In this document: positions 28,410 through 38,651 of the stretch, one piece after another
Position numbering within the stretch: the first letter of the stretch is position 1
Layout: each line of letters begins with the position of its first letter
NCBI GenBank assembly: GCA_965199495.1
Contig: CBDASK010000003.1
Coordinates: 1,632,001 to 1,696,000, forward strand
DNA: 64,000 bases
Direction of reading: 5' to 3'
Origin: Abditibacterium sp.
GTDB lineage: Bacteria; Armatimonadota; Abditibacteriia; Abditibacteriales; Abditibacteriaceae
The notes under the pieces: generated by a model
What the model saw: the letters and a program-made list of their open reading frames with translations, nothing else
Database searches by the model: none
What the model was told of the DNA's origin: nothing
Position numbers and translations under genes: made by a program

Positions 28410-29948
28410 TCAGTTCATTTCCACATCATCTACGACCATCGAATAAATCGTGTCGGGCGCGGCCTCAATTGTGATTTTCTTGTTCGTAATATCAACTGAT
28501 GAAGTCGCAAAACGTTGGCTGCCGTCGGTATGCGTTTGCGTCAATTGCGCGCTATTTCTCACAGTTTTCAAGTTCGATAAATCGTAAATGATGGGCTGCG
28601 CGTTGCCATAATTAATCGTGATAAACGTCAGTTGTCTCTTTTTGGCATCGTAAGCAACAATGGAATTGTTGTCATCGCTACCGATGATTTTCAGGCCGGG
28701 GCGCAGAAAGCGGGTGAACTGGGCGAACGCGTAAAATTTGGTATAAACCCATTTCGGCTGACCCGATTCGGGATCGGCGGCAGTTTTCCCTTCTTGCCCG
28801 TTGACCAAACCCCACGCGCTCGCCGGTTCGAGGGCTTGCCAGTAAATCCACGCTGTCGGACGAATGAAGTTGATGTCTTCCATAATTGTCTGCCCCAGTT
28901 TCATGCCGCCGCCTTCATTGTCGCCGAACTCGTCGGCCCACAAACGCGTTTGGCCAACGCTATCGCGCAAACGCTGGCGCGCGGCGTTGTCGCGCATCGG
29001 TTCGAGGCCCGAATACGAATGAACGTTGACTTTATCAATTAATGTAACGGCTTTAACGCTTTTGCCCGCGAATTGAACATCGCGGTTTTTGAAAAATTCG
29101 TGGGTTTCGCGCGCTTGCACCACATTATTTTCGTCGCTGGCGCTAATTCCGACTTTTTGCAAACCGTCATTGTCCAGTTCTTCGCGCAAATATGCCAAAA
29201 TATCGGCCTGATCTTCGCGCGAGATATTGGCGCCTTCCTGATTTTTCGGATAATTCCACCAACCGGCGCTCGGCTCGTTGAAAGGCTCGATTGTATCCAC
29301 TTTCACGCCCCAGTTTTTCTGGGCGTGACTCACGACGCTCGCCAAATAATGCGCGAAATCGCGTTTGTTCCAATTTTGCAAGCGCCCGCCCGCCGACGAT
29401 TTCGAGTCCATCATCCACCACATCGGCGCGTTGGAAAAGAACTCGACTTTGTCGGCCCCGCGCGCAATCGCGGCTTGCATCATCGAACGTTGTGCGGCAT
29501 CGCGCGACCACTCCCAACTCGGCGACGCAGGATTTTTATCGGCCCAGTTGATCCAGTACCCGTCAATATCGCGCGCCCACGACAAAATATCGGGCTTGCA
29601 CTCGACGGCGTTTTCAAATTGGTCGTCGCGCCCCCGCCCGCCGCCGCCGACGTTATAACGCAAGATATTGAAATTCAAACCCGGCAATTTCTGGTCGAGA
29701 AACGATATGGTTTTGTCGGTGTAAAACAGATCGGCGTAAAGATTCGCGTAATTTTTGCCACCAACCATATTGGGCCACCACGCGAACGAACAGCCCCAAC
29801 CTTCCCACGTCCCGCGATTCTCGTCGGGATTGATTTTCAGCGTATAACCGGTCGGATTTTTTGGGTTCACGGGCGCGGGCGCGTCCTGAGCGCCACTTAC
29901 GATTGAAGTCGCCGCCAGAGCAGCCACGGCGAGGAGCAGTTTGAACAT
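28410..29948 (-). CDS. Glycoside hydrolase family 30 (endo-beta-1,6-galactanase-like), secreted
   Basis: Signal peptide; WEGWGCSFAWW, RYNVGGG, FSNAPMWWM, PFNEP and WADEFG motifs. Confidence 0.82.
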   Translation of the reverse strand: MFKLLLAVAALAATSIVSGAQDAPAPVNPKNPTGYTLKINPDENRGTWEGWGCSFAWWPNMVGGKNYANLYADLFYTDKTISFLDQKLPGLNFNILRYNVGGGGRGRDDQFENAVECKPDILSWARDIDGYWINWADKNPASPSWEWSRDAAQRSMMQAAIARGADKVEFFSNAPMWWMMDSKSSAGGRLQNWNKRDFAHYLASVVSHAQKNWGVKVDTIEPFNEPSAGWWNYPKNQEGANISREDQADILAYLREELDNDGLQKVGISASDENNVVQARETHEFFKNRDVQFAGKSVKAVTLIDKVNVHSYSGLEPMRDNAARQRLRDSVGQTRLWADEFGDNEGGGMKLGQTIMEDINFIRPTAWIYWQALEPASAWGLVNGQEGKTAADPESGQPKWVYTKFYAFAQFTRFLRPGLKIIGSDDNNSIVAYDAKKRQLTFITINYGNAQPIIYDLSNLKTVRNSAQLTQTHTDGSQRFATSSVDITNKKITIEAAPDTIYSMVVDDVEMN

Positions 29949-29994
29949 GGGAACAGATTGACATTCCCATACATCGGATGTCGCGCTCGACAGA

Positions 29995-30119
29995 CTTTAA
30001 CCACAAAAACCCAAAAACCTCAAAAGGACACAAAAAGAACGAATCACCCGCTAAAAGTTACGCAAGTTAATTCGTTCTTTTTGTGTCCTTTTGAGGTTTT
30101 TGGGTTTTTGTGGTTAAAG
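29995..30119. repeat. Long palindromic element, family A
   Basis: CTTTAACCACAAAAACCCAAAAACCTCAAAAGGACACAAAAAGAACGAAT with a perfect complementary arm. Confidence 0.9.
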
Positions 30120-30151
30120 CGAATTTACACGATTTTGGATTCGGACAATTT

Positions 30152-32656
30152 TCATTTGCCCAACGGCAAATCTACGCGCGCGCTAAAAGCCAGTTCGGCG
30201 TCTTTGCGCTCCATCATGGTTTGGCACAATGTCTGTATGCTCGGCGCGACTTTTCGCGTAAACGTTTGGCCATTGACGGTGAAATTCACCGGTTTGCTGA
30301 AATCAATCAGGCGGCTGTCGAGCAGAACGCTGGCATTTTTTACGTTCGGCGTGGCTGTGACTGTCACTGCGTTATTTTCGCAGGTCGCGTCAATGCGTTT
30401 TTCTTTGGCGGGCGTGTCAGCGTGCAGCCAGTAAAAATCGTGAATGACGCCGTCGGTTTGCAGCCAGTTCAGCGTGCGCGGAACCGGGTTGCGCACTTCG
30501 GGATACATCGGCACGATCATATCGCGGTCGGGCAGATTGCCGTGTTCAAATCCCATTTTCACGCTCACAGTCACCGGATAAATATCGGTGCGGTCGCCGC
30601 GCAACGCGACGATTTCGTCGGCGAATTTTTGGTTGCGCGATAATCGGTCGTAGGCCAAATCTTTCTCGCCGACCCACGCCGTAAAAGGCGTATTCCGTAG
30701 CGTCACGGGTGTGCTTTCGCCGTCGGTCACTGCGCCCGCCGAAGCGTGAATCGCCGCGAAATGATCGGGCATTTTCGGGCCAATCGCATAGGCGCCGTAG
30801 CCGCCGTGCGAGTAACCCATGATGAAAACTTTGTCGCTGTCCACATCGTTCAAGACGACCTGCTGCTCGATCAAATTGGCGATGAGCGGATAAACGTAAT
30901 CGTCATAAAATCCGTTCCAGGTGTCGTTGGGCGCGCGCAACGCCAGATATTTGTAGCCGCCCAATTCGGGATGATCGAAATAATGCTGCGCCATTTCGTG
31001 CCACTGCTGGTCGTTGACTTCTTTGGCGGTGCCGCCGCCGCCGTGCATCGCGATGAAAAGCGGCCAACCGTTTTTCGGGCGCGTGCCGACGGTTTTGATG
31101 ATATATGGACTGAGATACTCGCCTGATGTCACCTGATTTTTGGCAAAATCGGCTTGCAAACTCGCGCTTTGCGTGGTTTTGAAAGCGCTCCAAACCGCCG
31201 CGCGCACGGCGGGTTCATTGGTCTTCAAAGCCTTGTCAAGGGCGCCGGGAAACTTGAAATTGGCGCGCTCGGTTTCGGTCGCGTTGAAGTAGTCGGACGC
31301 CGCTTTGTTGATTTGCGCCGCGAGTTTGGCGGGCAATTGTTTGGTGATGGGCGGCGTAACATAGCGCGGCAAAGTGAATTGCATATCGCGCGTGGCTGCT
31401 GGCGCGACGGGAGCAGCCACGGCGGGCGCGTTCTCGTCTGTGGGCGGCTTGAGTTGCAGTACGACCAACTGCTCCGTCTGGTCTTGCGGCGCGAAAGTGC
31501 TGTTCATCGTTTGGCCGCCGTAATCCACCGTCATGGCATACGTCGCGGCGCGCGGCACATTGAAGGTGAGAAAATTATTGGTGTCGCCGCTTTCGTCAAT
31601 CGTGGTGCCCTCGAAAATTTGCGTCGCGTCGGCGTTGTTGGTCAGCTTGATTTTGGCGGCCACGCGTTTTTTGTCGGGGCCAACCAAACCGATTTGCAAA
31701 CGCGTCAAAGCAGGTTGCGGTTTGGCGTCTTTGGCGTAGCGCGTCGTCACGTTTTGGGCGCTGACCCAATCGAGTTTGTCGTCCCACACAAGCGGGAAAT
31801 GGGTGCCGGTGCGCTTCCAACTCGTCGCGTAAATCGCGTGCAAACCGTCGTCTTTGGCGGCGGCGGCATCGCCCTCGAACCAGCCGTGATCGTAGCCTTT
31901 GTCGTCGGGTTCGGCGGCGCCGATGTAATGCCAATCGCCCTTGTCCCAAACCTCGACCCATGTATGATTGCCGCGCTCGTTGCTCCACATCGGCGTGCCA
32001 ACCACGCGCGCCGGGATGCCCGCCGCGCGACAGGCGTTGACCAACAAAATCGAAAGCCCCGAACACGACGCCAGACCGCTTGCCAAACTCATCGAAACGC
32101 ACTGGTCGGGGCGTTGCCGTTCGGTCGAATATTTGACGCCGACGGCGGGAAATAATTGTTTATTGAGCGCCAGCGCCGCCGCGCCCGGAGTTTGGGCGCC
32201 CGCGACGATGGGTTTGATTTTGGCTTCCAACAACGCGTCGTAATCTTCGCGCTTTTCGTTGAGGCTGGCGTAGGGCAAAACGTCGTTGAAGAAAATTTGC
32301 TGCGGAATCTGAGCTTTCCACGGCGTCGCGTTAAACGTTCGGTAAACGCTCGCGACGTGATCGAGCAGAAATTTTGCGCTGAGCGTTTGCAAATCGGGCG
32401 CGGGCATATTGGAGATTAAAAACTCCATGCCCGCGCGTTGCGCTGGCGGCACCTGCGCTAACGCCAAAGCGATTTGTGCGCGATTGGCGCCCGCCGTAGC
32501 GAGCGCATTGTCCAGATTAATTTTGGGCGTCATGGCGGAAGTCGCGACCTTTGAATTGGCGGGCGCCGCCACGGAAACACGCGCTAAACCGGGGGCAATC
32601 AGGATCAAAGCGGCCAGCGAGAATGGTAAAATTGGACGAGAGAAGGAGAGTTGCAT
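30152..32656 (-). CDS. Secreted transglutaminase-like domain fused to an alpha/beta-hydrolase (esterase-like)
   Basis: SCSGLSILLVNACRAAGIPAR...NHTWVEVW, then MHGGGG and GYSHG nucleophile elbow. Confidence 0.82.
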   Translation of the reverse strand: MQLSFSRPILPFSLAALILIAPGLARVSVAAPANSKVATSAMTPKINLDNALATAGANRAQIALALAQVPPAQRAGMEFLISNMPAPDLQTLSAKFLLDHVASVYRTFNATPWKAQIPQQIFFNDVLPYASLNEKREDYDALLEAKIKPIVAGAQTPGAAALALNKQLFPAVGVKYSTERQRPDQCVSMSLASGLASCSGLSILLVNACRAAGIPARVVGTPMWSNERGNHTWVEVWDKGDWHYIGAAEPDDKGYDHGWFEGDAAAAKDDGLHAIYATSWKRTGTHFPLVWDDKLDWVSAQNVTTRYAKDAKPQPALTRLQIGLVGPDKKRVAAKIKLTNNADATQIFEGTTIDESGDTNNFLTFNVPRAATYAMTVDYGGQTMNSTFAPQDQTEQLVVLQLKPPTDENAPAVAAPVAPAATRDMQFTLPRYVTPPITKQLPAKLAAQINKAASDYFNATETERANFKFPGALDKALKTNEPAVRAAVWSAFKTTQSASLQADFAKNQVTSGEYLSPYIIKTVGTRPKNGWPLFIAMHGGGGTAKEVNDQQWHEMAQHYFDHPELGGYKYLALRAPNDTWNGFYDDYVYPLIANLIEQQVVLNDVDSDKVFIMGYSHGGYGAYAIGPKMPDHFAAIHASAGAVTDGESTPVTLRNTPFTAWVGEKDLAYDRLSRNQKFADEIVALRGDRTDIYPVTVSVKMGFEHGNLPDRDMIVPMYPEVRNPVPRTLNWLQTDGVIHDFYWLHADTPAKEKRIDATCENNAVTVTATPNVKNASVLLDSRLIDFSKPVNFTVNGQTFTRKVAPSIQTLCQTMMERKDAELAFSARVDLPLGK

Positions 32657-32799
32657 GATGTTGAGCGAAACGGATTTAATAGAGTGAAAGTATGCCCGGC
32701 GCGCCCTAATGATGCAGAATTTTATGCAGTTTGTGGACTAAAGTAATCCGACGGATTACAGAGAATAATGGAGTCAACTGCGTAACTCCAAAACTGAGT

Positions 32800-34125
32800 T
32801 TACGCGTGGCTCTTTGAAACCTGATTTACGGGCGCGTGGATTACAGAGGGATGGCCCGATGGCTCGACCGCGAGCAACGCGTTGGCTTCGAGCGGCGCTT
32901 TTTCGACGGGCGTTATTTCCTGAACCGGCTGTTTTTCGCCATCGGAGTCGCCAGTCATCAAAATCTTCAAAATCGGTGGCGCGATGATCGAAGTCAACAA
33001 ACTCATCGCGATAATCAGCGCGTAAACCTCTTTATCGAAAACGCCCTGTTGCAAACCCAACGTCGCCACGATGATACCGACTTCGCCGCGCGGCACCATG
33101 CCGACGCCGACGATAAGCGCGCTCTTTTTGCCCAAGGCGCGCGCGCCAAATCCGCCGCCGATGATTTTGCCAATCGCCGCCATAAACGTGATAAAAACCA
33201 GCGTGCCGATGGCGCCCCACGAAGCGAGTTGGCTCAACTCGATCTGCATGCCGGTGACGACGAAAAAGAACGGCGTGATGAACGCCATAATCACCTGAAT
33301 GCGCTTTTCCAGATGTTCGCGGTGCGGCGTTTCGGCCATCGCCATGCCCGCCAAAAACGAACCGATAATCGGCGCCAACCCGATTTTTGAACCCAACGCC
33401 GCGAACCCCAGACACGCCACGAGGGACAAAATGAGCGGCGAGTGCGGCGAAAGCGGCGCGTCCAAGACCGCCGACCGCTTGCGCATCAGACTGCCGCCGC
33501 CGACCGCGACGATGCCAACAAACAAGAGCGCCGCCACCAGGGAAAACACCAGGTTGCCGACCGAAACGCCGCCCGCGCGGCCCAGCGAACCGACCACGCC
33601 CAGCAACAGCATCGCCAGAATATCGTCAATGACGGCGGCGCCCAAAATCACGCGCGATTCGACGCGGCCCAAAACGCCCAACTCGCTTAAAACCCGCGCC
33701 GTTATGCCCGCGCTCGTGGCGACAAATGCCGCCGCGATAAACAAAGAGCGCGGCGTGTCGTGCCCGGAAAAGTGCGCCCACGCCGCGCCCATGATAAATG
33801 GCACCATCAAACCGATGGTGCCGACTTGAAACGCGCTCGAACCGACTTTGCGCAGGTCTCCCAGTCGCGTTTCCAGACCGACCGAAAACAACAGCAAAAC
33901 CGCGCCGACTTCGCTCAGCATCAGCAACGGCTGCGCGATTTCGTTGGTATAGCCGCCGATAACTGGCGCCACGCTGACCAATCCCAAAACCGAGGGGCCG
34001 ATGATGATGCCCGCCGAGATTTCGCCCACGACCGAGGGCAAGCGGAAACGTTGCGCGATTTCGGCGCCGATTTGCGCCGCCACGAAAGCATACAGCAGCG
34101 CGAATAAAATTCCTGTGTGATCCAT
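32800..34125 (-). CDS. Cation:proton antiporter (CPA2/KefB-like)
   Basis: ATSAGIT, AAVIDDIL and GMVPRGEV motifs. Confidence 0.92.
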   Translation of the reverse strand: MDHTGILFALLYAFVAAQIGAEIAQRFRLPSVVGEISAGIIIGPSVLGLVSVAPVIGGYTNEIAQPLLMLSEVGAVLLLFSVGLETRLGDLRKVGSSAFQVGTIGLMVPFIMGAAWAHFSGHDTPRSLFIAAAFVATSAGITARVLSELGVLGRVESRVILGAAVIDDILAMLLLGVVGSLGRAGGVSVGNLVFSLVAALLFVGIVAVGGGSLMRKRSAVLDAPLSPHSPLILSLVACLGFAALGSKIGLAPIIGSFLAGMAMAETPHREHLEKRIQVIMAFITPFFFVVTGMQIELSQLASWGAIGTLVFITFMAAIGKIIGGGFGARALGKKSALIVGVGMVPRGEVGIIVATLGLQQGVFDKEVYALIIAMSLLTSIIAPPILKILMTGDSDGEKQPVQEITPVEKAPLEANALLAVEPSGHPSVIHAPVNQVSKSHA

Positions 34126-34340
34126 GAAAATTAACCCGGCAACGGAAAAATGCGCGGTTGGCGCGCAAGTTTGCCATATCAACAGCAATAGAGTTGTTTA
34201 TCTTTCGACACGTTGTAATGAGTTGAATAAGCCGCGAAATACTTTGGAAATAAGCGGAAATCTATCGGAAACAATTGCGCTGTTATATTCGTTGATTCGC
34301 TGCGCGCGCCCACTATTGTGGGCATCGTAAACTCTCTTTC

Positions 34341-35561
34341 GTGCTTTCCGATGCGTCACAAAACTTTGCGCGGGCGCGCGCCCAAATCGAGAAGCGCGCG
34401 AAAATAGCGCGCGTTTTGACGCGGCCCGGCGTGGGCGGCGCGGCCAAGCACGTCGCGCTTTTGATGCGCGGATTAGAATCCGATTTCGAGGCGCGCTTGT
34501 ATTGCGGGCCGCCCGCCGCGCGCGAGGGCAATTATTTCGCCCTCCACGATTTGCCGATTACTCCGCACTGGATTGGCAGTCTGCGCCGCGACGCCGCGCC
34601 CGCGCGCGATGGACGCGCATTGCGCGATTTGGTGCGCCATTTTCGCGCGTTTTCCCCGCAGATTTGCGATACGCATTTGTCCAAAGCGGGCGTGCTGGGC
34701 CGCGTGGCTGCTCGCGTGGCGGGCGTGCCGATTCGGATTCATACCTTTCACGTCAACATCTTCGAGGGCTACGATTGGCGCCCGTTCGAGCGCCCGCTTT
34801 ACCTCGGCTTGGAACGTTTCGCCGCACGCGGCAGCGACCGATTGATCTGTTTATCGGAAGAATTATGCGCGCAATTACTGGATTTAGGCATCGGCGAACG
34901 AGGGCAATTTCGCGCGATAACGTTGGGCGTTGATCTGGCGCCATTTCAGGCCAATCAAGCGCAAATCGCTCAAGCGCGCGCCCAAATTCGCGCCGAACTC
35001 CAGCTCGCGCCCGACGCGCCAATCGTCGGCGTCGTCGCGCGGTTGGCACCGGTCAAAAGCATCAAAACCGCGCTCGAATGCGCGGCATTCATTGGCAAAA
35101 CGCGTCCCGATGTGCATTTCGCTTTCGTCGGCGAAGGCCCGTCATACGCGCGTTTGCAAGCGCAAGCGGCGCAATTGGGCGTGACGGATCGCGTTCATTT
35201 TCTGGGACTTCGCCGCGACATCGCGCGCCTCAACTGGAGTTTCGATTGCGTGTTACTGACTTCGCTGCAAGAGGGCACGCCGATTTCGATTATCGAAAGT
35301 CTGGCGGCTTCGCGTCCCGTCGTTGCGACTGATGTCGGCGGCGTCAAACGTTTGGTCGAACATGAAAAAACCGGATTGCTCATTCCGCCGCGAGACAGCC
35401 ACGCCGCCGCGCACGCCGTTTTGCGCGTTTTGAACGAACCGCAAATCGCCGCAGTCTGGAGCCAAAACGGGCGCGAAAGGGTGCAGCGCGAGTGGAGTTT
35501 GGAACACATGTTGGCGCAACATCGCGCTTTATATCGCGAAGTTTTGGAGGAGAAGGGTTAG
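34341..35561 (+). CDS. Glycosyltransferase family 4
   Basis: VARLAPVK and EGTPISIIESLAA motifs; GTG 7 nt after TAAACT. Confidence 0.9.
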   Translation: MLSDASQNFARARAQIEKRAKIARVLTRPGVGGAAKHVALLMRGLESDFEARLYCGPPAAREGNYFALHDLPITPHWIGSLRRDAAPARDGRALRDLVRHFRAFSPQICDTHLSKAGVLGRVAARVAGVPIRIHTFHVNIFEGYDWRPFERPLYLGLERFAARGSDRLICLSEELCAQLLDLGIGERGQFRAITLGVDLAPFQANQAQIAQARAQIRAELQLAPDAPIVGVVARLAPVKSIKTALECAAFIGKTRPDVHFAFVGEGPSYARLQAQAAQLGVTDRVHFLGLRRDIARLNWSFDCVLLTSLQEGTPISIIESLAASRPVVATDVGGVKRLVEHEKTGLLIPPRDSHAAAHAVLRVLNEPQIAAVWSQNGRERVQREWSLEHMLAQHRALYREVLEEKG

Positions 35562-35622
35562 TTTTTGCGGATTAAGGCAGTTGCATTTGTAGGGTCAAAA
35601 CAAGTTTTGACCGCATCACACA

Positions 35623-36912
35623 ATGGCGACAACGCACGAGAAAACAACTTCCATGACAATCATCTTTTGCGCCGACCAATTACAACTCAACGCGCCCGAC
35701 CGCGCTTACGATGCCGAAGTCGAAGCCGCGCAAGCCGCCGGTTTAAATTATGAAATCGTCAATTTCGAGCGACTAACGCGCGACGAAAACGCCGAATTAG
35801 CGACGCGGCGCGTGCGGTCGCGCGAAACGCCCGAACTCGCGATTTATCGCGGTTGGATGTTGCGGCCTCAACATTACGCGGCGCTTTATGACGCGTTGCA
35901 AGCGCGCAATTTATTGTTGATTAACGCGTCCGACGCTTACCAGCATTGTCACTTTTTGCCGGAATCTTACGAAGAAATTAAAGAACATACGCCGCGCTCG
36001 ATTTGGTTGCCGTTATCCGATTGTTTGGACTCGGCGAAAATATCAGCGGCACTACAAACCTTTGGCGACAAACCGGTAATCGTCAAAGATTACGTCAATT
36101 CGCGCAAACACGAATGGGACGAAGCGTGCTTTATTCTCGACGCCTCGGACGGCGTGGCTGCATCGCGCGTCGTGACGCGATTTCTGGAGTTGCAGGGCAA
36201 CGATTTGAGCGGCGGCTTGGTATTTCGCGAGTTCGTCGCACTGAAAACCATCGGCGCGCACGCGCAAAGCGCGATGCCTTTGGCACGCGAGTTTCGATTA
36301 TTTTTCTTGAATGGCCGTCTGCTCCATCAGTCGAATTACTGGACGCAGGGCGATTATCGGGGCGATGCGCCGCCGCTCGCCATGTTTAGGAAAATCGCCC
36401 AAAATGTGCGCAGCCGATTTTTCACGATGGATGTCGCGCAACGAACCAACGGCGATTGGGTTATCGTCGAGCTGGGCGATGGCCAAGTCGCCGGTTTGCC
36501 GGACAAAAGCGAGGCGCCGGAGTTTTATCGTCAGCTCGCGGCGATGCCCAAATTTTATCTTTATTCCAATGGAGAACCGATGGGTTGGTCATCGCTCGAA
36601 ACTGCCGATCCGCCGATGGGATGCGTAACGGGCGTTTTTTATCCGAACCAGAATTACGCGCGCATCCGAGAGATTATTTTCAGAGGTCAGCGCGAATTGG
36701 GGCTTGATGCGACGGAAGCGAGCCGAAAAGCGAAATGGGAAGAGCTTTCCGTGTTAAACCTCACAGTTCGCGCGGAAGATGGCGCCGAATTTCAGCCCCT
36801 CGGCGGCATTTCAGTGGAAGACTACGCGGATGAATTGGAAGATAAAACCGCGCGGGAATTGAACGTTTTTGGTTTGTCGTCCGAAATTTTTCAACGTTAT
36901 TTTGGCAAATAA
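35623..36912 (+). CDS. ATP-grasp domain protein (R2K/DUF4343-like) with an extra C-terminal domain
   Basis: YRGWML, IVKDYVNSRKHEW, EFRLFF and FFTMDVA...IVELGDGQVAGL motifs; extra ~120 aa starting FYLYSNG. Confidence 0.75.
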   Translation: MATTHEKTTSMTIIFCADQLQLNAPDRAYDAEVEAAQAAGLNYEIVNFERLTRDENAELATRRVRSRETPELAIYRGWMLRPQHYAALYDALQARNLLLINASDAYQHCHFLPESYEEIKEHTPRSIWLPLSDCLDSAKISAALQTFGDKPVIVKDYVNSRKHEWDEACFILDASDGVAASRVVTRFLELQGNDLSGGLVFREFVALKTIGAHAQSAMPLAREFRLFFLNGRLLHQSNYWTQGDYRGDAPPLAMFRKIAQNVRSRFFTMDVAQRTNGDWVIVELGDGQVAGLPDKSEAPEFYRQLAAMPKFYLYSNGEPMGWSSLETADPPMGCVTGVFYPNQNYARIREIIFRGQRELGLDATEASRKAKWEELSVLNLTVRAEDGAEFQPLGGISVEDYADELEDKTARELNVFGLSSEIFQRYFGK

Positions 36913-36985
36913 TCGGCGAATTCGCTCTGAACGCAAGATTTCGATGGAAGCGGCGCGAGTTTCATTCTAAGCTCAAAGTCAGACT

Positions 36986-38062
36986 ATGAAAATTCCATTC
37001 GATTCCCCCACTTTCGCCGACGATTCCGCGCGCTGGCAAGCCGTGTTGGCGCGCGACGAACGCGCCGATGGCGCCTTTGTTTATGGCGTGGGTTCGACGC
37101 ATATTTATTGTCGCGCGTCGTGTCCGTCGCGGCGGCCACGGCGCGAGAACGCGCGCTTTTTCGAGACGCCCGAAAATGCAGAACAGGCTGGGTTTCGCGC
37201 GTGCAAACGCTGTCGGCCCGCGAATTTTGCCAACGATCAAATCGCGCGCGCGCGCCGGGCGTGCCGCATCATCGAAGCCAACGAAGGCGCGGCGATTTCG
37301 CTCGAAGAATTGGGAAAACGCGTGGGCACCAGCCCGTTTCATCTGCAACGCAGTTTCAAGCGCGCCATCGGCGTTTCGCCGCGCGAATACGCGCAGTCGC
37401 TGCGGCTGGGGCAACTCAAAGCGGCGTTGCAGCGCGGCGAAACAGTTTTAAACGCTGCGCTGGATGCGGGTTACAATTCAACGGGCAGTTTCTATCAAAA
37501 CGCGACGGCGCAACTGGGCATGACGCCCGCGACTTATGGGCGCGGCGGCAAAAACGCGCGCATCTGGTTTGGCATCGCGACGTGCAAATTGGATTTGATT
37601 TTGGTCGCGAAAACCGCAACTGGCGTTTGCTCGGTCGCGCTTGGCGATGATGAAAGCGCGCTCGAAACGGCGTTGCGCGCCGAATTTTTCGCTGCCACAA
37701 TCGAGCGCGATGACGCGCGATTAAACGAATATCTAAAAGCGGTAATCCAACTTTGTAAAGGTCAGCAACCGCATCAAGCGTTGCCACTCGATGTGCGCGC
37801 GACGGCGTTTCAATGGCGCGTCTGGCGCGAGTTGCGCGCGATTCCTCTCGGCCAAACGCGCACTTACGCCCAGGTCGCGCAATCGTTGGAAATGCCCACG
37901 GCCTCGCGCGCCGTCGCGCGCGCGTGCGCGACTAATTCGGTCGCGTTGGTTGTGCCGTGTCATCGCGTCGTGCGCAGCGACGGCAATTTGGCCGGTTATC
38001 GCTGGGGCATCGAACGCAAAGCGCGCTTATTGGAATTGGAGAAGATGAAGGAAGTTCTTTAA
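36986..38062 (+). CDS. ada: Bifunctional transcriptional activator / O6-methylguanine-DNA methyltransferase Ada
   Basis: Zn site CRASC...CKRC, AraC-type HTH, active-site PCHRV. Confidence 0.95.
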   Translation: MKIPFDSPTFADDSARWQAVLARDERADGAFVYGVGSTHIYCRASCPSRRPRRENARFFETPENAEQAGFRACKRCRPANFANDQIARARRACRIIEANEGAAISLEELGKRVGTSPFHLQRSFKRAIGVSPREYAQSLRLGQLKAALQRGETVLNAALDAGYNSTGSFYQNATAQLGMTPATYGRGGKNARIWFGIATCKLDLILVAKTATGVCSVALGDDESALETALRAEFFAATIERDDARLNEYLKAVIQLCKGQQPHQALPLDVRATAFQWRVWRELRAIPLGQTRTYAQVAQSLEMPTASRAVARACATNSVALVVPCHRVVRSDGNLAGYRWGIERKARLLELEKMKEVL

Positions 38063-38181
38063 TCACAAAGGGCACAAATGGCACAAAAAATTCAAAAATA
38101 AAATATCGAACTTGCTTCATCAAAGCAGTGTTGCTCAAACCTTTTGTGCCCTTTGTGCCCTTTGTGATTTTTGTGGTTAAA
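38058..38181. repeat. Degenerate palindromic element, family A
   Basis: TTTAATCACAAAGGGCACAAATGGCACAAAA ... TTTTGTGCCCTTTGTGCCCTTTGTGATTTTTGTGGTTAAA; overlaps the ada stop codon. Confidence 0.8.
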
Positions 38182-38199
38182 ATCCCCTACCCGATTGCT

Positions 38200-38535
38200 T
38201 CAAATTTGCGGACGCAATGTCGCGCGTTCCAGCGATTCGATTTCGCGTTTGACCGAGGCGTCGAAGAAGAACGGGCCGAGCGGCACAACCGAACTGACGA
38301 CGCCCAAAAAGATGCGCGTCCATTTCCAACGTGAAAGCACGCCGTTGAGAAAAACGAGGCCGACGTAAAGCAGAAAAAGTCCGCCGTGAATCGGGCCAAC
38401 GAGGCGCACGACTTCGGGTTGGTGCGCCAGATATTTGAGTGGCATTCCGACCAAAAGCAACACCAAAAACGAGGTGCCTTCAGCCAAGCCAAACGCATAA
38501 AGCGCGCGCAGAGCGGTTAATCGCGGAGTTTTCAT
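38200..38535 (-). CDS. DUF3817 family membrane protein
   Basis: AEGTSFLVLLLVGMPLKY, GPIHGGLF and VPLGPF motifs. Confidence 0.85.
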   Translation of the reverse strand: MKTPRLTALRALYAFGLAEGTSFLVLLLVGMPLKYLAHQPEVVRLVGPIHGGLFLLYVGLVFLNGVLSRWKWTRIFLGVVSSVVPLGPFFFDASVKREIESLERATLRPQI

Positions 38536-38651
38536 GGGTATAATTGCAGCAGCCACGGCGCCGTGGCTGTTAGCAAGACGCCGGTATAAAATTTGGTTTA
38601 CTCGCGTCTGCTAATGAGCGCAAAACGCCAAAGCGTTAGGCGCGCTTCGCT

